A DNA stretch of 29,452 bases from Arcobacter sp. (lineage in GTDB: Bacteria; Campylobacterota; Campylobacteria; Campylobacterales; Arcobacteraceae), in the NCBI GenBank assembly GCA_965662175.1, contig CBFIGT010000015.1, positions 1 to 29,452 on the forward strand, given 5' to 3'. The notes under the pieces were generated by a model. The model had not been told where the DNA came from and searched no databases. It saw only the letters and a program-made list of their open reading frames with translations. Position numbers and translations under genes: made by a program. Shown here one piece after another: positions 18,845 to 28,075 of the stretch; the stretch's first letter is position 1, and every line of letters starts with the position of its first letter.

Positions 18845-20170
18845 TTATACCTCTTGTAGAAATTTGAGCAATAATGCTCTATCTTTTTTTCTTAGATTCA
18901 TGTAGCTTTTTTTACTCTTTAAAGCTTCACCACCATGCCATAAAATAGCCTCTTGAAAATCTCTTGCTCTACCATCATGTAAAAGTCTTGCACCACCTTT
19001 ATTTAATTTTTCATATAATGATAAACCCCATAAAGGTGTGGTTCTCCACTCATTACCTTCTGCTTGAAACTGCGAAACTTCATCTTTCAAATCCTCACCC
19101 ATATCATGTAGTAAAAAATCACTAAATGGATAAATTGTTTTACCTTTTTTTGTAGTAAATGACTCTATATGGCAATTATTACATCCAATTGTTTTAAAAA
19201 TTTTATAGCCTTGAGATTGATTAAAATTTTTATTTTGTACTGTTTTTATATTTTTTAAATAAAACTCAATTGCATCTAATCTTTCATCTGTTATATCAAT
19301 AGCATCTTTTGCTTTTGGTGCTTCATTACATAGTTTTTGAGTTTTTGTACAGTTTTCATTTGCATAAAGAGTAGTTGTTAGACCCATATCATTTGAAGCT
19401 GCATTTGCTATTTGCTCTTTTAAAGTGGCAATACTAGCTTTATATGAAAATTTTCCAAGTTCAAGTTTTTTTGTTATTGGTGAATAAACATAGTTTGCAC
19501 GTCCTGATATACCATCTTTATTTTCATCAAATTCATCTTGATTTTTTAATATATCTTCATCTTTGATAGCATTTATATATCCAATTCCATTTAAAGTAGG
19601 GGCTAGTCTAAAAGTTAAATTTGTGTTTTTGTGTAGTTCTCCATATTGTAAGTTTTCTAAAGTAAATTTAGGTTTTAAAAGTTCATCAATCTCACCATCT
19701 GGAAATATTATTTGAATTTTTTCAAACTCTAATTTTGTTTTTGCTTCAAAGTTTACTCCATGAATTGCATTTATAGCAATTTGTCCACCATAATTAGGTT
19801 CAGCTACAAAACCATCTTTTTGAAGTGCTTCTTTTTGCTCTTTTGATTCATCACTTTTTATAGATAATTTTGTAATTAAACTTCTTGATAAATTTTTATT
19901 TTTATTAAATAGTATACCTTTTTGATTGTTTGGATGGCAGCTTATACAGGTATTGGCATTAAAAAGTGGTCCTAGTCCATCTCTTGCTGTTGTTGCACTT
20001 GGAGCTTCAACCCAAGGAATTCTAAAAAAACTTTTACCTAAAATAAATTTATCATATAAATCATCATTTAGTTTTTCATCTGCATTTGCAAAATTCGTTA
20101 AAAGAGTAGTAGCCAAAATAGCTACTAAACTTTTTTTTATAAAAAATAAATGCTTAGATTTTAGTTTCAT
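18845..20170 (-). CDS. Di-haem oxidoreductase family protein (DHOR, thiol-oxidoreductase-like); start 20170 or 20176
   Basis: ARDGLGPLFNANTCISCH, DGISGRAN, GCNNCH, FSDFLLHDMG, EWRTTPLWG, LLHDGRAR, AILWHGGEA. Confidence 0.9.
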   Translation of the reverse strand: MKLKSKHLFFIKKSLVAILATTLLTNFANADEKLNDDLYDKFILGKSFFRIPWVEAPSATTARDGLGPLFNANTCISCHPNNQKGILFNKNKNLSRSLITKLSIKSDESKEQKEALQKDGFVAEPNYGGQIAINAIHGVNFEAKTKLEFEKIQIIFPDGEIDELLKPKFTLENLQYGELHKNTNLTFRLAPTLNGIGYINAIKDEDILKNQDEFDENKDGISGRANYVYSPITKKLELGKFSYKASIATLKEQIANAASNDMGLTTTLYANENCTKTQKLCNEAPKAKDAIDITDERLDAIEFYLKNIKTVQNKNFNQSQGYKIFKTIGCNNCHIESFTTKKGKTIYPFSDFLLHDMGEDLKDEVSQFQAEGNEWRTTPLWGLSLYEKLNKGGARLLHDGRARDFQEAILWHGGEALKSKKSYMNLRKKDRALLLKFLQEV

Positions 20171-21488
20171 CTGCATCAGTTACATCTTCACTTGTAAGAG
20201 ATATTCCATTTGCACTTGCAACTATTACCATCATATCACCTAATTTTCTCATTTGATTTTTTAGTTTCACGATAACTCTTGCTTGTGGATTATCTGATTT
20301 GATTTGATAATCAAAATGCTCTTTTGTTTTTGCAATGTGGTCAATTTTTTCAATTTTTTCCTCTATTGATTTCATTAGTCCAAAGATTTTATGTTTTTCC
20401 TCTTTTGATAATTTATCAAGTAGTGATTCTCCATAATGTTTTCCATTGTAAGTTGAAGTTAAAATATTTTTAAATCCTTGATAGTTTTGTGCTATATCTC
20501 TATGTGTATTATCAGAAAAACAAGAGTGTTCGTCCTCTTCAGATGGTGTTAAAACAGCAACTGCAATTCTCTCATTTGCAAGCTCTGATTTTATAAATAC
20601 TCCAAGTCCAGCGATTATCTGTTTTGTTGCTTCATTTTGTGAAATATTTTTTGAGCTATTTTCACCTTTTAGTTTACCTTGAAGTGCAGCTTGATATAAG
20701 CCATCTTTTTTCCAAGCACTTGTTACAATCTCTAAATCATTTACTATTTTTTGAGAAGCAGCTTTTAAATAAGCTAATCTTCTAGGTGCATTTACCTCAC
20801 TTGTAAAATCGCTAAGAGGTCTTTGCCCAGCACTCATAGGACCATTTGTAATAGAGTCTTTTACAAAATTAGAGTAGTCTTGATCTTGTCCCCAAAGTAA
20901 AAACTCAATAGCATGATAACCAGAAGCTACATTTGCATCTCCTCCATTTTCATTTAAAGATGTTATTGCATCAATAGTAATATTTTTTACATTAACAGCA
21001 CTGCTTTCTTCTCCACCTGGATTGAAAACACCAAGTGTATCTATAATATTTCCTGCTGTTTTTTTCCCATTTGCATCAATTGTATAATCAATCATATTTT
21101 CATCAAGTGGCCAAGCATTTAATTGCCCCTCAAGTGAACCATAAGTATAAGCTACCCAACCATCTTCAGCATCAATAGGGCCATTTGCTAATCTAAAAGC
21201 CTCTGTTTGCCCATAAGATTCTCTAGCATCTAACCAAGCTTTTTTTGCTAATTCTAGATTTTCTTTATTTGTATTTTTCTCAAAATTTATTATGGCTTTA
21301 TTAAGAGCAACTGCATCATTTAAAGCATCACTATAGTTTGCTAAGGCAATATTTGAGTATGCTTCTAGAAATGGAGTTTTTAAAGAAACTTCATGTTTAT
21401 TGTGAGTATTTTGTGACACAGCACAAGCTGTAAGACTTAGTGCAACTGCAATACTTACACTACTTAAAATTAGTTTTGTTTTTAACAT
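20154..21488 (-). CDS. Imelysin-family iron-regulated lipoprotein (IrpA/IcmP/LruB-like)
   Basis: Lipobox LSLTA-C, LNAWPLDE, SGYHAIEFLLWGQD (GxHxxE), EDEHSCFSDNT. Confidence 0.92.
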   Translation of the reverse strand: MLKTKLILSSVSIAVALSLTACAVSQNTHNKHEVSLKTPFLEAYSNIALANYSDALNDAVALNKAIINFEKNTNKENLELAKKAWLDARESYGQTEAFRLANGPIDAEDGWVAYTYGSLEGQLNAWPLDENMIDYTIDANGKKTAGNIIDTLGVFNPGGEESSAVNVKNITIDAITSLNENGGDANVASGYHAIEFLLWGQDQDYSNFVKDSITNGPMSAGQRPLSDFTSEVNAPRRLAYLKAASQKIVNDLEIVTSAWKKDGLYQAALQGKLKGENSSKNISQNEATKQIIAGLGVFIKSELANERIAVAVLTPSEEDEHSCFSDNTHRDIAQNYQGFKNILTSTYNGKHYGESLLDKLSKEEKHKIFGLMKSIEEKIEKIDHIAKTKEHFDYQIKSDNPQARVIVKLKNQMRKLGDMMVIVASANGISLTSEDVTDADETKI

Positions 21489-21512
21489 TGTTAACCTTTT
21501 TATATATCATAT

Positions 21513-21527
21513 TGATAATTAGTATCG
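21513..21527. promoter_or_regulatory. Putative Fur box 1, next to a minus-strand -10 (ATTATA 21530-21535)
   Basis: TGATAAT-T-AGTATCG, 2 mismatches to the 7-1-7 TGATAATnATTATCA. Confidence 0.6.
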
Positions 21528-21564
21528 AAATTATAATGATTAAAAACTTAATGTATAATTAAAC

Positions 21565-21579
21565 TGATAATTGTTATCA
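21565..21579. promoter_or_regulatory. Putative Fur box 2
   Basis: TGATAAT-T-GTTATCA, 1 mismatch to the 7-1-7 consensus. Confidence 0.72.
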
Positions 21580-21671
21580 ATATATAAAAGGGGAATAAAA
21601 TTATTTTTTATGATTTGAGATTATTTTTAAGTTCAAAGATAATATAATCTCTTTTTAGATTAAGGAAATTA

Positions 21672-22058
21672 ATGAATATAAGAGTCTTAGTTGTAGATGA
21701 TAGTTCAACAATGAGAAGAATTATTACTAATGTTTTAATACAAATTGGTATTTCAGGTGATTATATAACAGAAGCTCCAGATGGACTTGCTGCTTTTGGT
21801 AAAGTTAAAACAAATAGTTATGATTTGATTTTAACAGATTGGAATATGCCAAAAATGAATGGATTACAATTTGTACAAAATTTAAGACAACTACCAAAAT
21901 ATAAAAATATTCCTGTTATTATGATTACTACTGAGGGTGGGAAAAGCGAAGTTCTTGAAGCTTTAAAAAATGGAGTTAACAACTATATTGTAAAACCATT
22001 TAGTCAAGAAACACTAAAAAGTAAGTTAAAACTTATGTTAAAAAAGATTGATAAATAG
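21672..22058 (+). CDS. cheY: Chemotaxis response regulator CheY
   Basis: Single receiver domain: VVDDSSTMRRI, TDWNMP, MITTE, YIVKPF. Confidence 0.9.
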   Translation: MNIRVLVVDDSSTMRRIITNVLIQIGISGDYITEAPDGLAAFGKVKTNSYDLILTDWNMPKMNGLQFVQNLRQLPKYKNIPVIMITTEGGKSEVLEALKNGVNNYIVKPFSQETLKSKLKLMLKKIDK

Positions 22059-22090
22059 AAGAGGTTATAAAACCTTAAATCCCTCTTCTA
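22056..22090. terminator. Hairpin at the convergent cheY/hisA junction
   Basis: tagaagagg (22056-22064) pairs with cctcttcta (22082-22090); alternative inner aggtt/aacct stem. Confidence 0.4.
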
Positions 22091-22772
22091 AATCAAGTGT
22101 TCCCTCATAAAAAGCTTTTCCTACAATAACACCTGCAATATTTCCATTCTCTTTACAATTAGTAATATCATTAATATCTTTTACACCACCTGATGCAATT
22201 GTATCAATTCCACTTGCAAGTGCTATTGATTCTGTAAATTCAACATTTACACCACAAAGCATACCATCTTTACTTATATCAGTACAAATAATAGCTTGAA
22301 CACCTGCATTTGCAAACTCTTTGGCTAAAGTTGTAGCTTTCATAGTTGAAACTTCAGCCCAACCCTCAACAGCCACCATTCCATTCATAGCATCAATTCC
22401 CACAGCAATTGGGTATTTAGAAGCCATATCTTTTACAAATTGTGGGTCTTTTACAGCAATACTTCCTAAAATAAGTCTATCAACACCAAGTTCAACATAC
22501 ATTTTGATAGTCTCTTCATCTCGAATTCCACCACCAAGTTCAATCTTTAGATTACAGTTTTCTCTTATTTTTTTGATTTGTTCTAAGTTAGCTGGTTTCC
22601 CCTCAAAGGCTCCATTTAAATCAACAATATGAACCCACTTAGAGCCTAACTCTTCAAATCTACGTGCTACTTGCCAAGGCTCATCTGAATAGATTTTTGC
22701 ACTATCCATAAGTCCTTTACTTAATCTAACAGCTTTCCCATCTTTTAAATCAATCGCTGGTAAAATATCCAT
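22065..22772 (-). CDS. hisA: ProFAR isomerase HisA
   Basis: [37 protein letters not shown] at 22772 with AAGGA SD preferred over 22793. Confidence 0.96.
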   Translation of the reverse strand: MDILPAIDLKDGKAVRLSKGLMDSAKIYSDEPWQVARRFEELGSKWVHIVDLNGAFEGKPANLEQIKKIRENCNLKIELGGGIRDEETIKMYVELGVDRLILGSIAVKDPQFVKDMASKYPIAVGIDAMNGMVAVEGWAEVSTMKATTLAKEFANAGVQAIICTDISKDGMLCGVNVEFTESIALASGIDTIASGGVKDINDITNCKENGNIAGVIVGKAFYEGTLDLEEGFKVL

Positions 22773-22777
22773 CAATA

Positions 22778-23635
22778 CTATCCTTTTAAACACAAATTTT
22801 CAATTGTTTCTTCTATTGTTTTATATTTAAACTCAAACCCTAAGTCTAATAAATTTTTAGGAATTACACTTTGTCCATCAGTTAAAACCTTTGCACCTTC
22901 ACTAAAAATAATATTTAAAACAAATTCTGGAAGTGGAAGTATAGTAGGTCTTTTTAGTGTTTTTCCTAAAGCGTTTGTTAAACCTCTGTTTGTAGTTGGA
23001 TTTGGCGCTGTTAAATTAAATATATTTTCACAAGAGTTTTCAATCACAAATTTATAAGCATTTAATAAATCTTCAATATGAATAAATGAAAAAGCTTGAT
23101 TTCCACTTCCAATTACTCCACCAAAACCTAACTTAAAAGGAGTTATCATTTTTTCTAAAGCACCACCATCTTTTCCTAGTACAATTCCAAATCTAAAAAT
23201 AGAGACTTTAGTTTTGTCACTTTTTGCTTTTAAAGCCTCTTTCTCCCAATCTTGGCAAAGATTTGATAAGAAATCATTTGAAAAAGAGCCTTTTTCATCG
23301 TGAGTATTTTTATTAATATAAATACCCACAGCAGATGTTGAAATAAGAAGCTCAGGTGGATTTGATATTGATTTAATAGCATTTACTATTTTTTTAGTAG
23401 TCTCAATTCTACTTGAATAGAGAAGTTTTTTATAAGATTCACTCCATCTATTTATGATATTAGCGCCTGAAAGATTTATAACAATATTTGATTCATTTAA
23501 AATCTCTTTTATTTTTATTTCATTATCTAAAATATCTCTTTTTATTGGATAAACTCGATATCCAATTGTTTCAAAAAACTTAATTAAATTTTGTCCAACA
23601 AAACCACTAGCTCCAAAAATTGCTATAGTTTTCAT
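22778..23635 (-). CDS. TIGR01777-family NAD-dependent epimerase/oxidoreductase (YfcH-like)
   Basis: GASGFVG Rossmann motif, [30 protein letters not shown]. Confidence 0.9.
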   Translation of the reverse strand: MKTIAIFGASGFVGQNLIKFFETIGYRVYPIKRDILDNEIKIKEILNESNIVINLSGANIINRWSESYKKLLYSSRIETTKKIVNAIKSISNPPELLISTSAVGIYINKNTHDEKGSFSNDFLSNLCQDWEKEALKAKSDKTKVSIFRFGIVLGKDGGALEKMITPFKLGFGGVIGSGNQAFSFIHIEDLLNAYKFVIENSCENIFNLTAPNPTTNRGLTNALGKTLKRPTILPLPEFVLNIIFSEGAKVLTDGQSVIPKNLLDLGFEFKYKTIEETIENLCLKG

Positions 23636-23648
23636 TAGTTTTTCCTTT

Positions 23649-24254
23649 TTATAGTTTTGTAAAGTTCTTTAAAATTTGAATTCCATTATCATGTGATTTT
23701 TCAGGATGTGGTTGGAAACCATAAATATTCTCTTTATTTACAGCACTCGCAAACTCATATCCATATATTGTTTTACCTATTATATTTTCTTCACTTGTAA
23801 TGGCATGATAAGAGTGTACAAAATATAAATATGGATTTTTTAATCCCTCAAATAAAGGATGCTCTTTATTTATGATTGTATTCCAACCCATATGTGGTAT
23901 TTTTATATCTTCATGCATTTTTGATTTGTCAAATTTTACAACTTCACCATTAATAAGACCCAATCCAGAACTATGTCCAAACTCTTGAGAACTTTCAAAT
24001 AAAAGTTGCATACCTAAACAAATACCCATCATAGGTTTTCCACTTTTTGAGTATTCTAATATTGCTTCTTTCATCCCCGTTTCATTTAAGTGCTCCATTG
24101 CATCACCAAAAGCACCAACACCAGGAAGAATAATTCTGTCAAAGTTTTTTAAATCATTAGGGTCTTTTACAATTGATGCTTTTGCATCTAATAAATGACA
24201 AGCATTATAAACACTTGCTAAATTTCCCATATTATAATCAATAATTCCAATCAC
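23649..24254 (-). CDS. hisH: Imidazole glycerol phosphate synthase subunit HisH
   Basis: IIDYNMGNL, LPGVG, GICLGMQ, PHMGWN, YFVHSY, FQPHPEKS; GTG start. Confidence 0.97.
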   Translation of the reverse strand: MIGIIDYNMGNLASVYNACHLLDAKASIVKDPNDLKNFDRIILPGVGAFGDAMEHLNETGMKEAILEYSKSGKPMMGICLGMQLLFESSQEFGHSSGLGLINGEVVKFDKSKMHEDIKIPHMGWNTIINKEHPLFEGLKNPYLYFVHSYHAITSEENIIGKTIYGYEFASAVNKENIYGFQPHPEKSHDNGIQILKNFTKL

Positions 24255-24318
24255 TATTTAACCCTTTTATTTGCTTCATAAAGAACTTTTTATATCTCTT
24301 TTATTTTGATAAATTATA

Positions 24319-24891
24319 CTAAAGTTTTGCATCAGCTAGGGTTAAAGAGAAGAGGACTTGATTATTTCCTTTTTCTACCGCTTTTTTAGCTTCTATAATT
24401 GTAGCACCTGTTGTAATTATATCATCACATAAAATTGTCATTCTATTAGATAAGTTTGTAAGTTCAAAATCTCTTGGATTATTTACTCTAAACTCCTTAT
24501 CTTTTCCTGCATATTTGACTATATTTTTAGCTCTTAGGGTGTGATATTTTGGCCTTATAAATTTTGATTTTAGTGCATGTGCTAATATTGCTGTTTGAGA
24601 AAACTCATGCCTTGTGTGGTCATCTATTGGAATAGCATATACTTCTTGGGTAAATTCAAAGTTTTTAGCAAACTTTTCAAAAGAGAGTTTTGCTAAAATT
24701 TTAAAAACTCTATCTCCATGAAAATAGTATTTAGATTTTATCAAATCTTCAAGTTCTGATAGAGCATAAAATGAGTAGTTATAAAAACCTTTTTGTATCT
24801 CTCTTTTATGAAAAGAGGCTTGAAGTAGGGTAGTTTGGCAATTTTTACAAATTATTTTGAATGATAGTTTTTCACATATTAGACATCTCAT
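24319..24891 (-). CDS. ComF-family competence protein (CtsW-like)
   Basis: N-terminal CxxC...CxxC and PRTase-like loop ILCDDIITTGAT; likely start MRCLIC at 24891. Confidence 0.85.
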   Translation of the reverse strand: MRCLICEKLSFKIICKNCQTTLLQASFHKREIQKGFYNYSFYALSELEDLIKSKYYFHGDRVFKILAKLSFEKFAKNFEFTQEVYAIPIDDHTRHEFSQTAILAHALKSKFIRPKYHTLRAKNIVKYAGKDKEFRVNNPRDFELTNLSNRMTILCDDIITTGATIIEAKKAVEKGNNQVLFSLTLADAKL

Positions 24892-24919
24892 AAAAAATAA
24901 TATCATAAATTATCTAATA

Positions 24920-24950
24920 TTTACTTTTCTTTTTATAAAGAAAAAGTAAA
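24920..24950. terminator. Imperfect AT-rich hairpin downstream of the RhuM gene
   Basis: tttacttttcttt-ttat-aaagaaaaagtaaa with one bulge. Confidence 0.35.
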
Positions 24951-24996
24951 ACTAGCTAAAAATTATATAGTATTTGTAATGCCAAAAGAATACTGT

Positions 24997-26007
24997 TTAT
25001 TGATTTTTTAGAATTTTTTCCATCTCTTTATCAAAATCTGATTCTATTTTTTGTACTTTATTAAACTCTTCATATTCACTAAAAGCCTTTTGTTCTGCTT
25101 GGTTTCTTGAAATACTTCCTTTATCTTCAAGTATTTTATATTCATTGAACTCAAGAAACTTATTTACTGAATTTGCTAAACTTTCCATAGTAAAAGTTGT
25201 ATGATTTTTTATGATTCTCTCAATATAATCAAAGTATCCACTTATGGCACTTTCTAGCTCTTTTATCTCTTCTTCTGTTAAATAGTTTTTTGCAATAACT
25301 GAATCAGATTTTAACACTCTTCCATCTGGTGAATTTTTCCAAGTGTTAAGACCCATAAATGGTTTTGTTTTATCTGCTTTTTTATAAATTATTTCTGCGG
25401 AAGTTTGCCCTGTAATTGCAAAATGGAATTTGTTTTGAACTGTTGCATAAAAGTTTTTTGTAGTTTCAGAGTTTTTATCATAATCTATGCTACATTCTGC
25501 AAATATATCTGTGATTTGTTGATATATTCTTCTTTCACTTGTACGAATTGACCGAACTCGCTCAAGAAGTTCTTTAAAATAGTCTTTGCCAAAATAACGA
25601 CCATTTTTCATTCTATCATCATCCATGGCAAAGCCTTTGATGATAAACTCTTTTAGTATTTTAGTTGCCCATATCCTGAACTGTGTAGCTTGTAAAGAGT
25701 TTACACGATAGCCAACAGATAAAATAGCATCAAGGTTATAAAACTTTGTATTGTACTTTTTCCCATCTTGGGCAGTATGTGCAATTTTTGCACTAACTGA
25801 ATTTTCTTCTAATTCTCCACTTTCAAAAATATTTTTTAAATGTTTTGTAACTACTGTTCTATCTATACCAAAAAGTTCGGCTATTCTTTTTTGAGGAAGC
25901 CATAGAGTTTCGTTATGTAGATATGTTTCTACTTTTATGTCATTGTTTGGTGTTGTGTATAATAGGAACTCGGTTAGTTCATCTTTTATTGTAAGTTTAT
26001 TGTTCAT
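24997..26007 (-). CDS. RhuM-family (virulence_RhuM) putative DNA-binding protein
   Basis: ETLWLPQKRIAELF, YNLDAILSVGYRVNS, ATQFRIWAT, IRTSERRIYQ, VQNKFHFAITGQT. Confidence 0.88.
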   Translation of the reverse strand: MNNKLTIKDELTEFLLYTTPNNDIKVETYLHNETLWLPQKRIAELFGIDRTVVTKHLKNIFESGELEENSVSAKIAHTAQDGKKYNTKFYNLDAILSVGYRVNSLQATQFRIWATKILKEFIIKGFAMDDDRMKNGRYFGKDYFKELLERVRSIRTSERRIYQQITDIFAECSIDYDKNSETTKNFYATVQNKFHFAITGQTSAEIIYKKADKTKPFMGLNTWKNSPDGRVLKSDSVIAKNYLTEEEIKELESAISGYFDYIERIIKNHTTFTMESLANSVNKFLEFNEYKILEDKGSISRNQAEQKAFSEYEEFNKVQKIESDFDKEMEKILKNQ

Positions 26008-26146
26008 TTAATTATCTCTTTTATCTACATATTTCAAAGGATACAATCTTGCATAGTAGCTACTTTTATTTTAACGTAGAATTATTTAATTTCTATATGT
26101 GAATTTGTTTTATCAATCAATTAAATAATGAAATTTGGAAAATGTT

Positions 26147-26174
26147 TAATCATCTACAAAAATGTAGATGATTA
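26147..26174 (-). terminator. 12-bp hairpin beginning at the lepA stop codon
   Basis: taatcatctaca-aaaa-tgtagatgatta perfect inverted repeat. Confidence 0.55.
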
Positions 26175-27959
26175 GATTTTAAGAACTGCCATGAAAGCTT
26201 CTTGCGGTACATTAACTTTACCTATGGCTTTCATTCTTTTTTTACCGGCTTTTTGTTTTTCTAGTAGTTTTCTTTTTCTTGTAATATCTCCACCATAACA
26301 TTTTGCTGTTACGTTTTTACCTGTTGATTTTACTGTCTCTCTAGCAATAATTGTGGCACCAACTGAGGCTTGGATTGCTACTTCAAAAAGTTGTCTTGGG
26401 ATTAGTTCTTTTAAGGCTTTGATAAACTCTCTTCCTTTACTAACAGCTTTATCTTCAGGTACGATAATAGATAAGGCATCAACAATATCTCCAGCAACTC
26501 TAACATCTAGTTTTTTTAGATTTCCTGGTCTAAATCCTATTGGTTCATAATCAAAAGATGCATAACCTTTTGTTGTTGATTTTAATTTATCATAAAAATC
26601 CATTACGATTTCATTCATTGGAATATCATAATCTAATAAAACTCTAGTTCCTATATAATCCATTTTATTTTGGATAGCTCTTTTATCATTTAATAGTTTT
26701 ATTACATTTCCTAAAAACTCATCAGGTACTAAGATTGTTGCTTTTACATATGGTTCAAAAATAGTTTCAATATAGTTAGGTTCAGGTAATTCACTTGGAT
26801 TTTGAATAGTAATTCTTTCACCATCTGTTTTTAGAATTTCATAAATTACAGTTGGTGCTGTTGCTATTAAATCAAGGTTAAACTCTCGCTCTAATCTCTC
26901 TTTAATAACTTCCATATGCAACATTCCTAAAAAACCTGTTCTAAAACCACTTCCAAGTGCCGCTGAACTCTCAGGTTCAAAAGAGATTGATGAATCATTT
27001 AATTGAAGTTTTGTTAAAGCTTCTCTTAAATCCTCAAACTTATCAGTTTCAATAGGGTAAATTCCTGCAAATACAAATGGTTTAGCAGGTTCAAATCCAT
27101 CAATAATTTCAGCAGTTGGATTTTTAGCATCAGTCATAGTATCACCAACAGCAATACCATCTAATGTTTTAAGTCCAAGTACAACAATACCAATTTCACC
27201 TGTTTTTATTTCAGTTGTATTTTGTCTTTTTAATGGATGAGGATACATAAGATTAAGAACAGGATGTTCCACTTTTGTATTCATCATTTTTAAAACTTGA
27301 CCCTTTTTTATACTTCCATCATAAACTCTTACAAGTGCTAAAGCTCCTAAATAGTTATCAAACCATGAGTCATAAATAAGTGCTTTTGTTGGAGCCTTTT
27401 CATCACCTTTTGGGCATGGAACTCTATCAACAATAGCATCAATTAAGTCTTTAACTCCAAGACCTGTTTTTGCACTTATTAAATTATGTTCAGTACAATC
27501 AAGTCCAATTGCATCTTCAACTTCTTCTAAAACTCTCATAGGATCAGCTGATGGTAAATCTATTTTATTTACAACAGGTAATAACTCTAAATCATTATCC
27601 ATTGCAATATAAACATTTGCAATAGTTTGAGCTTCAACACCTTGTGTTGAATCAACGATTAATAAAGCACCCTCAGATGATGCTAAAGAACGACTAACTT
27701 CATATGAAAAATCAACATGTCCTGGAGTGTCAATTAGATTTAAAACATAGTGTTGCCCATCTTTTACATAGTTTAATCTAACGCTTTGAGCTTTGATTGT
27801 AATACCACGCTCTTTTTCAATATCCATAGTATCCATCATTTGTGAACTTAAGTTTCTATCTTCAACTGCACCACACTCTTGGATAATTCTATCTGCTAGA
27901 GTTGACTTTCCATGGTCAATATGAGCTATAATTGAGAAATTTCTTATATTTTCTTGCAA
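26172..27959 (-). CDS. lepA: Elongation factor 4 (LepA)
   Basis: [53 protein letters not shown] start. Confidence 0.99.
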   Translation of the reverse strand: MQENIRNFSIIAHIDHGKSTLADRIIQECGAVEDRNLSSQMMDTMDIEKERGITIKAQSVRLNYVKDGQHYVLNLIDTPGHVDFSYEVSRSLASSEGALLIVDSTQGVEAQTIANVYIAMDNDLELLPVVNKIDLPSADPMRVLEEVEDAIGLDCTEHNLISAKTGLGVKDLIDAIVDRVPCPKGDEKAPTKALIYDSWFDNYLGALALVRVYDGSIKKGQVLKMMNTKVEHPVLNLMYPHPLKRQNTTEIKTGEIGIVVLGLKTLDGIAVGDTMTDAKNPTAEIIDGFEPAKPFVFAGIYPIETDKFEDLREALTKLQLNDSSISFEPESSAALGSGFRTGFLGMLHMEVIKERLEREFNLDLIATAPTVIYEILKTDGERITIQNPSELPEPNYIETIFEPYVKATILVPDEFLGNVIKLLNDKRAIQNKMDYIGTRVLLDYDIPMNEIVMDFYDKLKSTTKGYASFDYEPIGFRPGNLKKLDVRVAGDIVDALSIIVPEDKAVSKGREFIKALKELIPRQLFEVAIQASVGATIIARETVKSTGKNVTAKCYGGDITRKRKLLEKQKAGKKRMKAIGKVNVPQEAFMAVLKI

Positions 27960-28029
27960 AATTAATCCTAGTTTTGTATTTATATTCGCGATTATATCTA
28001 AAAGTTTGTAAGTTTTGTGTTAAGAGTTT

Positions 28030-28065
28030 AAAAAAGTAGATTTTAGGCAAAAAGCCTAAAATCTA
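28030..28065 (-). terminator. Rho-independent terminator of the ompA-like gene
   Basis: tagattttaggc-aaaaa-gcctaaaatcta 12-bp stem, followed on the minus strand by a U-tract (A6 at 28030-28035). Confidence 0.8.
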
Positions 28066-28075
28066 AAAGTTGAGA

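Noticed and set aside
20131..20138. T8 run in the 5' end of the di-haem oxidoreductase (and A8 at 4621-4628) as a phase-variation tract
   Set aside because: Short A/T runs are expected at this AT content, the frame is intact, and no long poly-G/C tracts are present
12475..20243. Plus-strand ORFs at 12475, 14683, 16559, 17891 and 19926
   Set aside because: All are fully antisense to well-supported minus-strand genes, with composition typical of reverse-frame artefacts
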